Part shown: piece by piece, positions 27,293 through 38,123 of the stretch
Position numbering within the stretch: position 1 is the stretch's first letter
How the letters are laid out: each line of letters starts with the position of its first letter
Program-made: the position numbers and the translations under genes
The notes under the pieces: model-generated
Database searches by the model: none
The model's input: the letters and a program-made list of their open reading frames with translations, nothing else
Told to the model about the DNA's origin: nothing
From: Guillardia theta CCMP2712
Taxonomy: Eukaryota; Protista; Cryptophyta
Assembly (NCBI RefSeq): GCF_000315625.1
Contig: NW_005434625.1
Location: forward strand, 141,726 to 205,725
Length of the DNA stretch: 64,000 bases
Reading direction: 5' to 3'

Positions 27293-30200
27293 TTAAGGAT
27301 CTGCAGAAGAAGAGGAAGAAGAGCGGCGGGAAGGTGACGCTTGAGCTAATAAAGAAGATTCAAATTGTTGAATTAAAGCACGAATACCAGATTTCTTGTT
27401 GAGTTCAGAAGCTGATTTCCAGGAGTGATCAGCTGGGTTAGGGTAGCCTTTCCAATGAACAAGATATTGGATACCACGACCACGTTGACGTTTGTCGAGA
27501 ATTTGTTCCACTTCGTATTCAAGTCCTTGAGCTGTCGAAAGAGGATCCGGTCGATCGACATGAAGCTCGAAGTTGGGATCACGGTCCTGATGGGGGCGAA
27601 GCCACTTGAGGTTGAAGACGCTGTGTTCAAGATGACGAAAGCGATCTGTCAGTTCGAGATGAACAGTGTTGTCAGAAACAAAGGAGAGGATCTTGAAGGG
27701 ACCGATGAAACGAGGACGGAGCTTGGGAAAGCTGTCGGTGATTGGAATATTCGTCGTTGAGAGCCACACGAGATCGCCGATGTTGAAATTGTGAGGGCGA
27801 CGGTGTTGGTCAAGGGTCTGTTCAGTTGAACGAGCCATGTGATCGAGGGCATCGCGAGCTGCTTCCATGTGCACTTGGATGGCTTCGCGAATGTCTTCAG
27901 GATCATCAGACGAGTTGGAAAGGGCAGGGAGAGCCAGTTGAGTTTTGACGTTGCGGCCATAAATAATCTCGAATGGCGCAAGGCCTGTTGAACGTTTGAC
28001 GGAAGAATTGTAATGCATCTCGAAGAGGGGAAGAAATCTGTCCCAGTCATGGTTGACGCGATTGGCACAGTAGATGCGAAGAGCTTCAATCAAGACGGAG
28101 TTGAGGCGTTCAGGTCGAGCATTGCCTTGAGGATAGTAAGGCGAAGAATGCTTGATTTTGACCTGCAAGAGTTCGAAAAGTTTAGTCCAGAAGGCAGAAG
28201 AGAAGATTTTTGCATTATCTGAAATGATTTCGTTGGGAAGGCCTTGGTTGGCGCAGACTTTCGAAACAAAAAGATCGGCAGCTTGTTGAGAGGTGAGAGT
28301 CTTCTTGCATGGAGACAGAAAGACACGTCCAGAAAAGTTGTCAACACAAACGAAGATCGAGTCGTAATGAGAACGAGTAGGCGGGAAGCCGGAAACAACA
28401 TCGATGGAGATTGTAGCAAAACGATCAGACGGAGCTGCTTGACTGTGCGACGGGCCCATCTGTGGCTTGCGATAAGATTTGTATTGGATGCAAGATTGAC
28501 AGGAAAGGATGTAACGTTCGACTTGTTGACGCATCGAGGGCCAATAAACAACAGGAACAAGAGCCAAGTATGTTCGAGAGAAGCCGCGGTGACTGTGAAG
28601 GTCATGGGCACGGTATAGAACTTCTTTGCGAACAGATTGAGGAATACAAATGCGTTGTCGGTGAAGACTATCTGTTAGAATCAGGAGATGATTTTCAATG
28701 TGAAAATGCTTGTACGATGGGTTGTTTTGAACTGCTTGATAGATTGTAGAAAAGTATGAACACGAGGAATATGCTTGGACGATTGCGTCGTGAAGAGATT
28801 CGACGAGAGAAGCATTATCAGCAGGAGCATCAAGAGCAAGGAGATGATGAAAATCTTGATCATCTGAATGTAGGATTGCGTCATCGCGTGGAGGTGCGAC
28901 GTCGTCGTCGGGGTATTGGCGGCTGAGAGCGTCAGGGACGACATTATCGGTACCTTTCACGTGCGCGATCTCGACGATAGAGAATTCACTGAGAGTTTCT
29001 AACCAGCGGCGAAGACGACCTTTGAGATCCTTTTGGGTTTGAAAGTACGTGAGAGCCTTGTGATCAGTACGAAGGATGATGGGCTTGCCAAGCAGATAAA
29101 ATTGGAAGTGAAGAAGCACGTCTTTGATGGCCAAAAGTTCGCGCTCAGTGGTTTGATAATTTCTTTCTGCATCAGTAAACAGGCGACTGTAGAATCCAAT
29201 GACTTTCTCTTTGTTGTCAGCGTCGTACTGAAGAAGAACACCGCCGAGAGCTGTGTTTGAGGCATCGGTGTGAACTTCTGTTCTAAGCGCTGGATCAAAG
29301 TGAGAGAGAATTGGGGAGGAGGTTAACCGGTGTTTGAGAAGATCAAAGGCTTGCTGACACTCGGGAGTCCATTGAAAGACGACATTCTTACGAAGAAGAG
29401 CATGAAGAGGAGCAGCAATGTGGGCATAGTTGCGAATAAAGCGACGGTAATATCCGGAGAGCCCAAGAAATATTTTGATCTCCTTTGCGTTGCTGGGTGG
29501 TGGCCAGTCAAGGATCGCGCTGGTCTTACTGGATTGAGTCGATATACCATCAGCAGAGATTTGATGACCGAGGAACTCGACACTATCTTGAAAGAGCTTG
29601 ACTTTTGATTTCTTGAGGTAAACTTGATTCTCGCGGCAGCGCAGAAGAACGCGACGAAGAGTGTTGAGGTGTTGATCAAACGTGCCGAAATCAAGGATGA
29701 GCAAGTCATCAATGTACGGGAATACACTGGTAATATCACGAAAGAGAAGAGTAATCCATTCTTGAAAAATATTGCTGGCGTGAATGTAGCCGAATGGAAG
29801 ATTGCGAAACTGATATTTGCCAAACTTGGTGATGATGGCGACATATTTGCGATGATCAGGGGCAACAGGAATTTGCCAAAAACCGCGGAGAAGATCGAGA
29901 GCTGAAATCCAAAGTTTGTATTCAGAAGGGTGCAAGAAACGCTTGGATTTGCGAATGACCTCGGCGACAGATTCTAACATCTCCTCAGGGTTAGGAGTAG
30001 GATACCTGGGGTTGCTGTGGACCATGGCATTAAGTTTTCGCAAGTCAGTGCAAAGACGATAGCTGGAGGGATCTGTAGGAGATCGAGGGTCGTTTTTGCG
30101 GCGACTGTAAAGCACGGGGAATCCAAAGGGGCTGTTGGAAGGTTCGATGATGTTGCGAGATAACAAATATTCCAACGTCTTTTGAAGTTCTTGTTCGAGG

Positions 30201-31066
30201 AAAAGCGGGAGCCGATAGGGTCGTAGACTGACAGGTTTAGCATCAGGTAAAATGTCAATGGTGGCCTGAAATTCACGAGAAATGTTATAATTGGCGGGCA
30301 GATCATCGGTAATGACATCAGAAAATTCGTCCAAAAGTAAAGAAATTGCTTGCTCCTCTGGGGACACATCAGAAGAACGAGCCGGAGAGAAAGAACTGGC
30401 TGACGGTGGCGTGGAGGATGAATCAACTTGGAGAACGCAAAGAAACCAATCGTCCTCATCGTTGTCTTGTTGTTGAGAAGCAAAAACATCGGTCAATGAC
30501 AGGAAAGTAACTTGCGCAAAGGATTGGGGAGCTGTAAGAGAATTAAGCGGAACCATTTCACATGTCGGAAGACGCACGAGTTGTTGCTTGTGGGAAGATT
30601 CAATCCATACTTCACGGGTTCGGGCACGAAAAACAAGTCCATATCGAGTTTGCCACGTCAGGGAAAAAATGCATGTAGATAATGTAGAAGGCAGCACATT
30701 GAAATTATCGGTAAAGGAGTGTTTGCCAATTGAATAAGTAAGAGAAATAATGCCGAGAGTCTGTAAGTGAACTCCATTGGCGACGCATACAGGGATACGA
30801 ATAGAGCTGTCAATAGCTGATAAGGGAATATGCAAACGATCGAGGAGGGCGGTCGAAATAACATCGACAGCAGCACCGCCATCGAGAAGAGCTGTAAAAT
30901 GATAAGGGTCAGCATCAGGAGAAATAGATGAACAAGTCACGGGAAATTTGATGAGATCGGTGACCAGCGATGCTGAATTGTGCAGAACGGAAGGGGACGG
31001 AGTTTCAGCTGAGAAGATAAAATGAGAACAAAGCTGGGGCTCCGTATAAGAAGAAATCATGCTCAT
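27293..31066 (-). CDS. pol: Pol polyprotein: aspartic protease, RT, RNase H, integrase, chromodomain
   Basis: LLDGGA (PR); LDLLRGFWQI, LPFG, YIDD (RT); TDAS, ERELLAI, TDH (RH); H...H...CQSC and D,D,E (IN); GPF; EYEVEQILDKR...YLVHWKGY (chromodomain). ORF uninterrupted. Confidence 0.97.
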   Translation of the reverse strand: MSMISSYTEPQLCSHFIFSAETPSPSVLHNSASLVTDLIKFPVTCSSISPDADPYHFTALLDGGAAVDVISTALLDRLHIPLSAIDSSIRIPVCVANGVHLQTLGIISLTYSIGKHSFTDNFNVLPSTLSTCIFSLTWQTRYGLVFRARTREVWIESSHKQQLVRLPTCEMVPLNSLTAPQSFAQVTFLSLTDVFASQQQDNDEDDWFLCVLQVDSSSTPPSASSFSPARSSDVSPEEQAISLLLDEFSDVITDDLPANYNISREFQATIDILPDAKPVSLRPYRLPLFLEQELQKTLEYLLSRNIIEPSNSPFGFPVLYSRRKNDPRSPTDPSSYRLCTDLRKLNAMVHSNPRYPTPNPEEMLESVAEVIRKSKRFLHPSEYKLWISALDLLRGFWQIPVAPDHRKYVAIITKFGKYQFRNLPFGYIHASNIFQEWITLLFRDITSVFPYIDDLLILDFGTFDQHLNTLRRVLLRCRENQVYLKKSKVKLFQDSVEFLGHQISADGISTQSSKTSAILDWPPPSNAKEIKIFLGLSGYYRRFIRNYAHIAAPLHALLRKNVVFQWTPECQQAFDLLKHRLTSSPILSHFDPALRTEVHTDASNTALGGVLLQYDADNKEKVIGFYSRLFTDAERNYQTTERELLAIKDVLLHFQFYLLGKPIILRTDHKALTYFQTQKDLKGRLRRWLETLSEFSIVEIAHVKGTDNVVPDALSRQYPDDDVAPPRDDAILHSDDQDFHHLLALDAPADNASLVESLHDAIVQAYSSCSYFSTIYQAVQNNPSYKHFHIENHLLILTDSLHRQRICIPQSVRKEVLYRAHDLHSHRGFSRTYLALVPVVYWPSMRQQVERYILSCQSCIQYKSYRKPQMGPSHSQAAPSDRFATISIDVVSGFPPTRSHYDSIFVCVDNFSGRVFLSPCKKTLTSQQAADLFVSKVCANQGLPNEIISDNAKIFSSAFWTKLFELLQVKIKHSSPYYPQGNARPERLNSVLIEALRIYCANRVNHDWDRFLPLFEMHYNSSVKRSTGLAPFEIIYGRNVKTQLALPALSNSSDDPEDIREAIQVHMEAARDALDHMARSTEQTLDQHRRPHNFNIGDLVWLSTTNIPITDSFPKLRPRFIGPFKILSFVSDNTVHLELTDRFRHLEHSVFNLKWLRPHQDRDPNFELHVDRPDPLSTAQGLEYEVEQILDKRQRGRGIQYLVHWKGYPNPADHSWKSASELNKKSGIRALIQQFESSLLAQASPSRRSSSSSSADP

Positions 31067-31105
31067 CGTCGAACTGCAATAACCGAGAGCATGACCTGCG
31101 GTACC

Positions 31106-33049
31106 CTATTCCTGAGGCGGAGGATCAGCAGGAGGCTGAGCTCTTGCTGACGAGGACAAAGAGACTGTCCCAGGAGGAGCAGAAGCGGATGCGACTGCAG
31201 GGGAATGCGTGACGGGAGAGCCCGGGTTAGGAGCTGGAGCACCATTCTGAAGGAGAGCCGTGATGGCATTGACGATGGCGGCTTGACTCGCTGGAGGATG
31301 GGAGGGCTGTGTCACGGCGGAAGAAGCATTGCGATCAGCTTGCTTTTTCTTGCGGCAGTACTTCAACGTGTGTCCAGAACGTTTGCAGTACGTGCAGAAA
31401 TAATTTGGGGGAGAACCGGAGGGCTGCGCGGGAGCTGGGGAGGGCTGAACTCCTGGCGTCGACGGAGAGGGTTGAAGGGCACAAATGGGCTGTGGAGCCG
31501 GAACCAAAGAAGACGGTTTAACGAAGGCGAAGGCTTTCTGTGCGAGAAGCGACATCGTGGCAGCTGTAGCAGGATGCATGTGCGCGATGGGGACCATGAC
31601 GAGTCGAACTTCCGGGTCGAGAAAACCGTTGGCGAATTGTTGAAGAAGATTGTGCTCTTGAAATACGACAGTTTCAGATTTGTAGAGTAAGAGTTCGTCA
31701 ACATAACGTTGCGTCCGAAGAGTATAATCAGTGATCGATTCGTTGACGCCTTGACAGAGATTGGTCACTTGGTGTTGGAGTTTGGCGATGTGAGCCGCGG
31801 GAGGAAATTGCTGCGTGATGAAAAGACAGAATTCCGACCAAGGAAGAAGAAACCATTCGTCGAGAGGACGATCGTGAGACATGCGTTGAAGAACAGAGTC
31901 ATCAAGAAATGTCGTTGTATAGTAAACCCAGAGGTGGCCGGGAATGCGTTGAACAGACAGAGCGCGTCCCATCTGAGAGAGCCAGCTGTGAATGCTTCGA
32001 GAATCAGCCTGACCGAGAAAGGGGGTGATGGACGTTCTGGGCTGAAATTTCGGGAGTTTGTCACCAGGGAAAGGTTGAGAAGGACGGACGGGCGTGGGCT
32101 GAGGAATCAGCGACATGCACGCGTCACGAGAGGGATTCTGCTGCATGTTAGAAGCACGAATACCTGGCAACGGAGTCATCAGTCGCTCTGGTAAGAGAGA
32201 AACTGGAGGTGGAGCTTCGGGAATCGACGAAGGGTCTGACTCAACCGGGATGACATGCGTCTGCATCAGCCGAGGGCTGGGAGGGGAGGGAGAACTCGCC
32301 ATGCGCGGAGACGGCTGCGCGCTAGACGGTGCTGGGAGGGGCTTCAAGCGCTGGATTGCTGCCACAGAGGTTGAAAGGGCGGAAACCAGACGGTCTTGAA
32401 GTTCGTAGGATTGAGCAAGTAGACGATCATTGAATTCCTGAGATTGCTCAAATTGACGATCCAGCTTGCGTTCAAGTGCTTCTTGACGTTGCTGGGCATC
32501 TGCGTTCTGTTGCAGGAGTAAAGCAAAAAGTTGACGAAGAGATGGTTCCTTGTCGTTGGTGGCAGGAGAATTTCGACCTGAAGACATCGCAGGGATGGGC
32601 TCTGCGGCAGGGGCATTCCGACCCGAAGACATCGCAGGGATGGGCTCTGCGGCAGGTGCATTCCGACCCGAAGACATCGCAGGGATGGGCTCTGCGGCAG
32701 GGGTACGCGGAGAAAAAGCACCAAAAGCGGAAGGACGGGAAGCATGCGGAGCCGGAGACTCCTGTCCGAAGATAGACGGGGCTGGTACTGGCGTGAAAAA
32801 AAATGGGCGAGCACCAGAAGCTGGATGGGAATCCTGCTGTGGTCGATCTTGCATAATTGAATCATCATCTTTCGTTGCGGAAAAAGGACGGGGGAATTGA
32901 AATTGTTGAGCTCCAACATTTGGATGGATCGAAGTTGAATCAGAGACTTGTTCCGTAGATGTTGGAATCCTTCGTTCACTGGTCTGAGCCTTACGCGATT
33001 TTCTCACTTTCAATACTGATAGTTTGCTTGCTTTCTTTGCTGAAATCAT
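31106..33049 (-). CDS. gag: Gag (capsid-like region + CCHC knuckle CTYCKRSGHTLKYC; 3x 15-aa repeat PAAEPIPAMSSGRNA)
   Basis: 647-aa ORF directly downstream of the PBS; LCQGVNESITDY major-homology-like region; zinc knuckle. Confidence 0.93.
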   Translation of the reverse strand: MISAKKASKLSVLKVRKSRKAQTSERRIPTSTEQVSDSTSIHPNVGAQQFQFPRPFSATKDDDSIMQDRPQQDSHPASGARPFFFTPVPAPSIFGQESPAPHASRPSAFGAFSPRTPAAEPIPAMSSGRNAPAAEPIPAMSSGRNAPAAEPIPAMSSGRNSPATNDKEPSLRQLFALLLQQNADAQQRQEALERKLDRQFEQSQEFNDRLLAQSYELQDRLVSALSTSVAAIQRLKPLPAPSSAQPSPRMASSPSPPSPRLMQTHVIPVESDPSSIPEAPPPVSLLPERLMTPLPGIRASNMQQNPSRDACMSLIPQPTPVRPSQPFPGDKLPKFQPRTSITPFLGQADSRSIHSWLSQMGRALSVQRIPGHLWVYYTTTFLDDSVLQRMSHDRPLDEWFLLPWSEFCLFITQQFPPAAHIAKLQHQVTNLCQGVNESITDYTLRTQRYVDELLLYKSETVVFQEHNLLQQFANGFLDPEVRLVMVPIAHMHPATAATMSLLAQKAFAFVKPSSLVPAPQPICALQPSPSTPGVQPSPAPAQPSGSPPNYFCTYCKRSGHTLKYCRKKKQADRNASSAVTQPSHPPASQAAIVNAITALLQNGAPAPNPGSPVTHSPAVASASAPPGTVSLSSSARAQPPADPPPQE

Positions 33050-33089
33050 CCTTTGAGATTCTGAATCAGTGCTGGAATGTGAACCAATT

Positions 33090-33097
33090 CGCTACCA
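33090..33097 (-). other. Primer binding site TGGTAGCG (initiator-Met type)
   Basis: On the minus strand: LTR...CAACA-TA-TGGTAGCG. This is complementary to a tRNA 3' end CGCUACCA, as in yeast tRNAiMet-primed Ty elements. Confidence 0.7.
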
Positions 33098-33099
33098 TA

Positions 33100-33258
33100 T
33101 GTTGTATACACAACCTTGCGTAAGACGTTGAGTTCAGATGATCTTAGGATCTCTGTTTATTAAGCACACACGCTCATCAGATCAGCAGCACCACTGCAGG
33201 AATCTGCATCGTCATCCTATTTCCCTACGCTACGTCCAAGGGGCGTCCGGTATGAGTC
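33100..33258 (-). repeat. Inner 5' LTR copy (159 of 171 bp)
   Basis: Identical by eye to 27057-27215; lacks the outer 12 bp. Confidence 0.95.
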
Positions 33259-35373
33259 AGACCCTTCGTCGATTCCCGAAGCTCCACCTCCAGTTTCTCT
33301 CTTACCAGAGCGACTGATGACTCCGTTGCCAGGTATTCGTGCTTCTAACATGCAGCAGAATCCCTCTCGTGACGCGTGCATGTCGCTGATTCCTCAGCCC
33401 ACGCCCGTCCGTCCTTCTCAACCTTTCCCTGGTGACAAACTCCCGAAATTTCAGCCCAGAACGTCCATCACCCCCTTTCTCGGTCAGGCTGATTCTCGAA
33501 GCATTCACAGCTGGCTCTCTCAGATGGGACGCGCTCTGTCTGTTCAACGCATTCCCGGCCACCTCTGGGTTTACTATACAACGACATTTCTTGATGACTC
33601 TGTTCTTCAACGCATGTCTCACGATCGTCCTCTCGACGAATGGTTTCTTCTTCCTTGGTCGGAATTCTGTCTTTTCATCACGCAGCAATTTCCTCCCGCG
33701 GCTCACATCGCCAAACTCCAACACCAAGTGACCAATCTCTGTCAAGGCGTCAACGAATCGATCACTGATTATACTCTTCGGACGCAACGTTATGTTGACG
33801 AACTCTTACTCTACAAATCTGAAACTGTCGTATTTCAAGAGCACAATCTTCTTCAACAATTCGCCAACGGTTTTCTCGACCCGGAAGTTCGACTCGTCAT
33901 GGTCCCCATCGCGCACATGCATCCTGCTACAGCTGCCACGATGTCGCTTCTCGCACAGAAAGCCTTCGCCTTCGTTAAACCGTCTTCTTTGGTTCCGGCT
34001 CCACAGCCCATTTGTGCCCTTCAACCCTCTCCGTCGACGCCAGGAGTTCAGCCCTCCCCAGCTCCCGCGCAGCCCTCCGGTTCTCCCCCAAATTATTTCT
34101 GCACGTACTGCAAACGTTCTGGACACACGTTGAAGTACTGCCGCAAGAAAAAGCAAGCTGATCGCAATGCTTCTTCCGCCGTGACACAGCCCTCCCATCC
34201 TCCAGCGAGTCAAGCCGCCATCGTCAATGCCATCACGGCTCTCCTTCAGAATGGTGCTCCAGCTCCTAACCCGGGCTCTCCCGTCACGCATTCCCCTGCA
34301 GTCGCATCCGCTTCTGCTCCTCCTGGGACAGTCTCTTTGTCCTCGTCAGCAAGAGCTCAGCCTCCTGCTGATCCTCCGCCTCAGGAATAGGGTACCGCAG
34401 GTCATGCTCTCGGTTATTGCAGTTCGACGATGAGCATGATTTCTTCTTATACGGAGCCCCAGCTTTGTTCTCATTTTATCTTCTCAGCTGAAACTCCGTC
34501 CCCTTCCGTTCTGCACAATTCAGCATCGCTGGTCACCGATCTCATCAAATTTCCCGTGACTTGTTCATCTATTTCTCCTGATGCTGACCCTTATCATTTT
34601 ACAGCTCTTCTCGATGGCGGTGCTGCTGTCGATGTTATTTCGACCGCCCTCCTCGATCGTTTGCATATTCCCTTATCAGCTATTGACAGCTCTATTCGTA
34701 TCCCTGTATGCGTCGCCAATGGAGTTCACTTACAGACTCTCGGCATTATTTCTCTTACTTATTCAATTGGCAAACACTCCTTTACCGATAATTTCAATGT
34801 GCTGCCTTCTACATTATCTACATGCATTTTTTCCCTGACGTGGCAAACTCGATATGGACTTGTTTTTCGTGCCCGAACCCGTGAAGTATGGATTGAATCT
34901 TCCCACAAGCAACAACTCGTGCGTCTTCCGACATGTGAAATGGTTCCGCTTCATTCTCTTACAGCTCCCCAATCCTTTGCGCAAGTTACTTTCCTGTCAT
35001 TGACCGATGTTTTTGCTTCTCAACAACAAGACAACGATGAGGACGATTGGTTTCTTTGCGTTCTCCAAGTTGATTCATCCTCCACGCCACCGTCAGCCAG
35101 TTCTTTCTCTCCGGCTCGTTCTTCTGATGTGTCCCCAGAGGAGCAAGCAATTTCTTTACTTTTGGACGAATTTTCTGATGTCATTACCGATGATCTGCCC
35201 GCCAATTATAACATTTCTCGTGAATTTCAGGCCACCATTGACATTTTACCTGATGCTAAACCTGTCAGTCTACGACCCTATCGGCTCCCGCTTTTCCTCG
35301 AACAAGAACTTCAAAAGACGTTGGAATATTTGTTATCTCGCAACATCATCGAACCTTCCAACAGCCCCTTTGG
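33253..35373 (+). repeat. 2121-bp inverted duplication of internal gag-pol (source 30123-32243)
   Basis: ORFs 33317-34390 and 34430-35422 reproduce the gag C-half, protease and start of RT on the opposite strand. At least one substitution (N to H, 34952). Confidence 0.95.
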
Positions 35374-35529
35374 CTTGCGTAAGACGTTGAGTTCAGATGA
35401 TCTTAGGATCTCTGTTTATTAAGCACACACGCTCATCAGATCAGCAGCACCACTGCAGGAATCTGCATCGTCATCCTATTTCCCTACGCTACGTCCAAGG
35501 GGCGTCCGGTATGAGTCCAGAATACAACA
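35374..35529 (-). repeat. Outer 5' LTR copy (156 of 171 bp)
   Basis: Matches 27072-27227; followed by the TSD ATGAG. Confidence 0.95.
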
Positions 35530-35606
35530 ATGAGCATGAGCATGAGCGATATTGTGAGACAAAGTCTAATACTTGATGTACAAGCAAAAGCTGATAACTT
35601 CAACAG

Positions 35607-36803
35607 ATGCTGGCGGACGTCGTGACTCTACAAGGCAGCGATCATGAGCTATCGGCCGTTTCGCCTCCACCCCTGGATCCCGCTTCGTCTGAACCATATT
35701 TCTCTCAAGCACCAACCGTAGAAAAATCCGTGGAAGAGGAGCCGGCCCTGAGTGTTTTCCTCGACAGCATTCAATTTGAAAATGGGTTCGGTGTGGTCAA
35801 GATCTCTTCGAAGATTCCTGCAGAAACTGCCAAGATTATCAGCACCAGGATGTTCCTCGTGGATGCTGTCAGCTTTGTCTCTGCTACTGCTGGCCCGACG
35901 TTCAGTTGTGGTCTGAGTGGTTTAGATCTTCTCTTGAAGTACTTGTCCTCGCTGATGGGCGTTGGGATGAAACAGGGCAGCTTGTATCTAGTTTTTCTCC
36001 CTGAGCACATCGTCTATGCGTTTCAGATAGCTGCATTCTTCGTTTCGTATCATGCAATGAGGATCCAAGACATGGACACGTACTATAAGGCGACTGGTCT
36101 CAACGTGACATGTTTCATCTTGATGTTTCTCGTCCTTTTCAACAAGCGGCCTCCATTACAGTTGTGTCGTCGAGCACCACGATCTAGAGAGCCTTCCAAA
36201 CTTGTGCAGTATGCAGATTTATTCTATCACGTCGTGATGATGGTTCTCATCTTCATCGCCTTAATCACTTCAGGAGTTTGTACACACTGCGATGGGTCGT
36301 ACTCGCCCAGTTTGTCGCATTTGTGTCAATACAATGCTCGCAGTCAAGGTTTCCATGATGATCAAAATGTCAACACTCGTGTCAGTCTGTCGTCCTGTAC
36401 ATATGTTTGTGATAGTGACAGGAAGGACGCCTGCATTGGAGGTGTCATTACGAATCTGCTTGTTATTATCATGTGAGATGTGCATGCTTTCGTCAAAAGC
36501 AACTGAAACGACTTTTGCAGGGTATTTGTGCGTATCTTCATGGGAGTTTTGGCATTTCTATTTGAGCTTCGAAAAGAAGGGAGGAAATCTAGTGCCGCTT
36601 TCCCGAGTTCTCTCGTGACTCTGCATGGACCATCCTCCCATGGATTTCCTTTTCGAGTTTGTGTCTCAGAAGAGAGCGTGGAAGTCATCATGTCGCAGAT
36701 CAAGAAGACGAGAGACCCCAAGAAGATTCAAACAGGCTTCGAGCTCTTTAGCCCGTTGACGTCCTGGTGTTGGATGGCTCTCTTTGGAAAGGTCAATGTT
36801 TAA
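35607..36803 (+). CDS. Hypothetical multi-pass membrane protein (2 exons)
   Basis: 289-aa ORF with several hydrophobic segments; GTGAGA...TTTGCAG intron (~36473-36520) joins it in frame to VFVRIFMGVLAFLF...KVNV*. Confidence 0.6.
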
Positions 36804-36809
36804 TGAGGA

Positions 36810-38013
36810 CCTAATGGCAAGAGAATGCGATGTCTTGCTGCACTTGCATGTCTCTTCTCTAACCTCGTCTTTGAGGAAGTAAGCAACAGAACAGAAGGAC
36901 CACAAAGATAGAGAGTAGCATGAAATTTGATGAATAGAATTACAACGCCGAGAGTCCCATGAGAACGAGAGGTATTGCAGTCAATCACTCCTCCTCGCCT
37001 CGATCTCCTGCGAGGCATAAGTTGGACTACTACACATTCACGAGGGTTCAGACCTGCTTGAGCCCTTCAGGCTTGACTTCTATCTTGGCCGGCACAATCT
37101 GCATATCAATGAGATGCTGCACAAGAGAAGCTGCGGGTTACCGGTGCCCCTCCCTGTCCGATAGCATCATACTGCTGCTGGAACGAGCCGATGCGGATCT
37201 CTTCATCCTTATTTTTCTTCCAATCATGAAGGAGCTTGATGTAAGGATTGATATCAGACTCCTTCATCTACGAAACGAAAGAGTTAGTATACACAACTAC
37301 AAGGGAAACCTCACGTTGGCGATTTCTTCTAGGAGTTGCTGTCCGGGGGACTTCCTCTCCATCTCACTTCTCAAAAGTTTGTGCTTCTTTCGTATCTCTT
37401 TGATGTCTTTCATGACCTTTGCGCGAGAGTGTTGCAGACTGGTGAAGTTCCCCAGACATCTCCCGTCTGGTCCGATAACAGGTTCGATGTCTTCGATTCG
37501 CCCCCCAGCCTCTTCCACCTTCTTGATGATGTTCTCCGGTGACAGCGCTTTGATCAGTTCCTCTGCCCTATCGACGAACTGCATGGACTGGTCAAGGAGT
37601 TCCGGGTTCGGCTCGTCATCCTTCAGGATACCATTGCTGTCTTCGTCGGGATCCACGTTGTCCACGTCGTTGTGAATCACATTGGACCTGAGTTTCGGTT
37701 CGCCCTGCCTAGGGAACATCTCTTCCTCTTGTTCCTGGAACTGTGCGTCCAGCTTATCGATGAGCTCTCTGACCTGGTCCAGTATTTCATCCTCCTTTCC
37801 TGCATCTCTCTGTGTGGTATCAAGATGCTCTATCGAGCCTCCTCGAAGCCGCCGGTGCAAACAATGGTTCAGTCCTTGCGCCGATGTCCTTCCTCGAGTT
37901 GCTACTTCTGCTCTCCCAACTGATTCTAAGCACCGTGATCCACCCGCTCCTGTAGTTCCTGTCGCCGCCATCGTCATCGCCGCCATCGCCATAAGCAGCC
38001 GCAGCCGCAGCAT
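36810..38013 (-). CDS. Hypothetical coiled-coil protein with N-terminal signal/targeting peptide and RRLRGG motif (3' end approximate)
   Basis: MLRLRLLMAMAAMTMAA..., LHRRLRGGS, then an acidic/charged helical region in ORF 37297-38862; further exons lie downstream. Confidence 0.55.
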
Positions 38014-38123
38014 GTTCGTGCTGATGAGCAGAGGGATCACAGGTTGATAACTTGAATATAGGCTGATAGCCAACCAAATAGCCATAAACATGGTTATTTT
38101 AACACAAACATCGTATTCATGTA

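Larger units (their letters stand above)
27057..35529 (-). mobile_element. Ty3/gypsy chromovirus LTR retrotransposon with a rearranged 5' LTR region
   Basis: TGTTGTAT...ATACAACA termini; 5-bp TSD ATGAG at 27052-27056 and 35530-35534 within a (GCATGA)n tract; gag, PR-RT-RH-IN-chromodomain order. Confidence 0.96.

Noticed and set aside
34430-34439. ATGAGCATGA inside the element matching its (GCATGA)n target
   Set aside because: A 10-nt match explained by the read-through stem/Met codons. Integrase insertion does not use homology, so this is probably coincidence.
33317-35422. Second independent retrotransposon inserted in opposite orientation
   Set aside because: It has no own + strand LTRs, PBS or TSD, and both ends are internal breakpoints. 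The flanking LTR pieces share the host element's orientation and one TSD bounds the whole structure.
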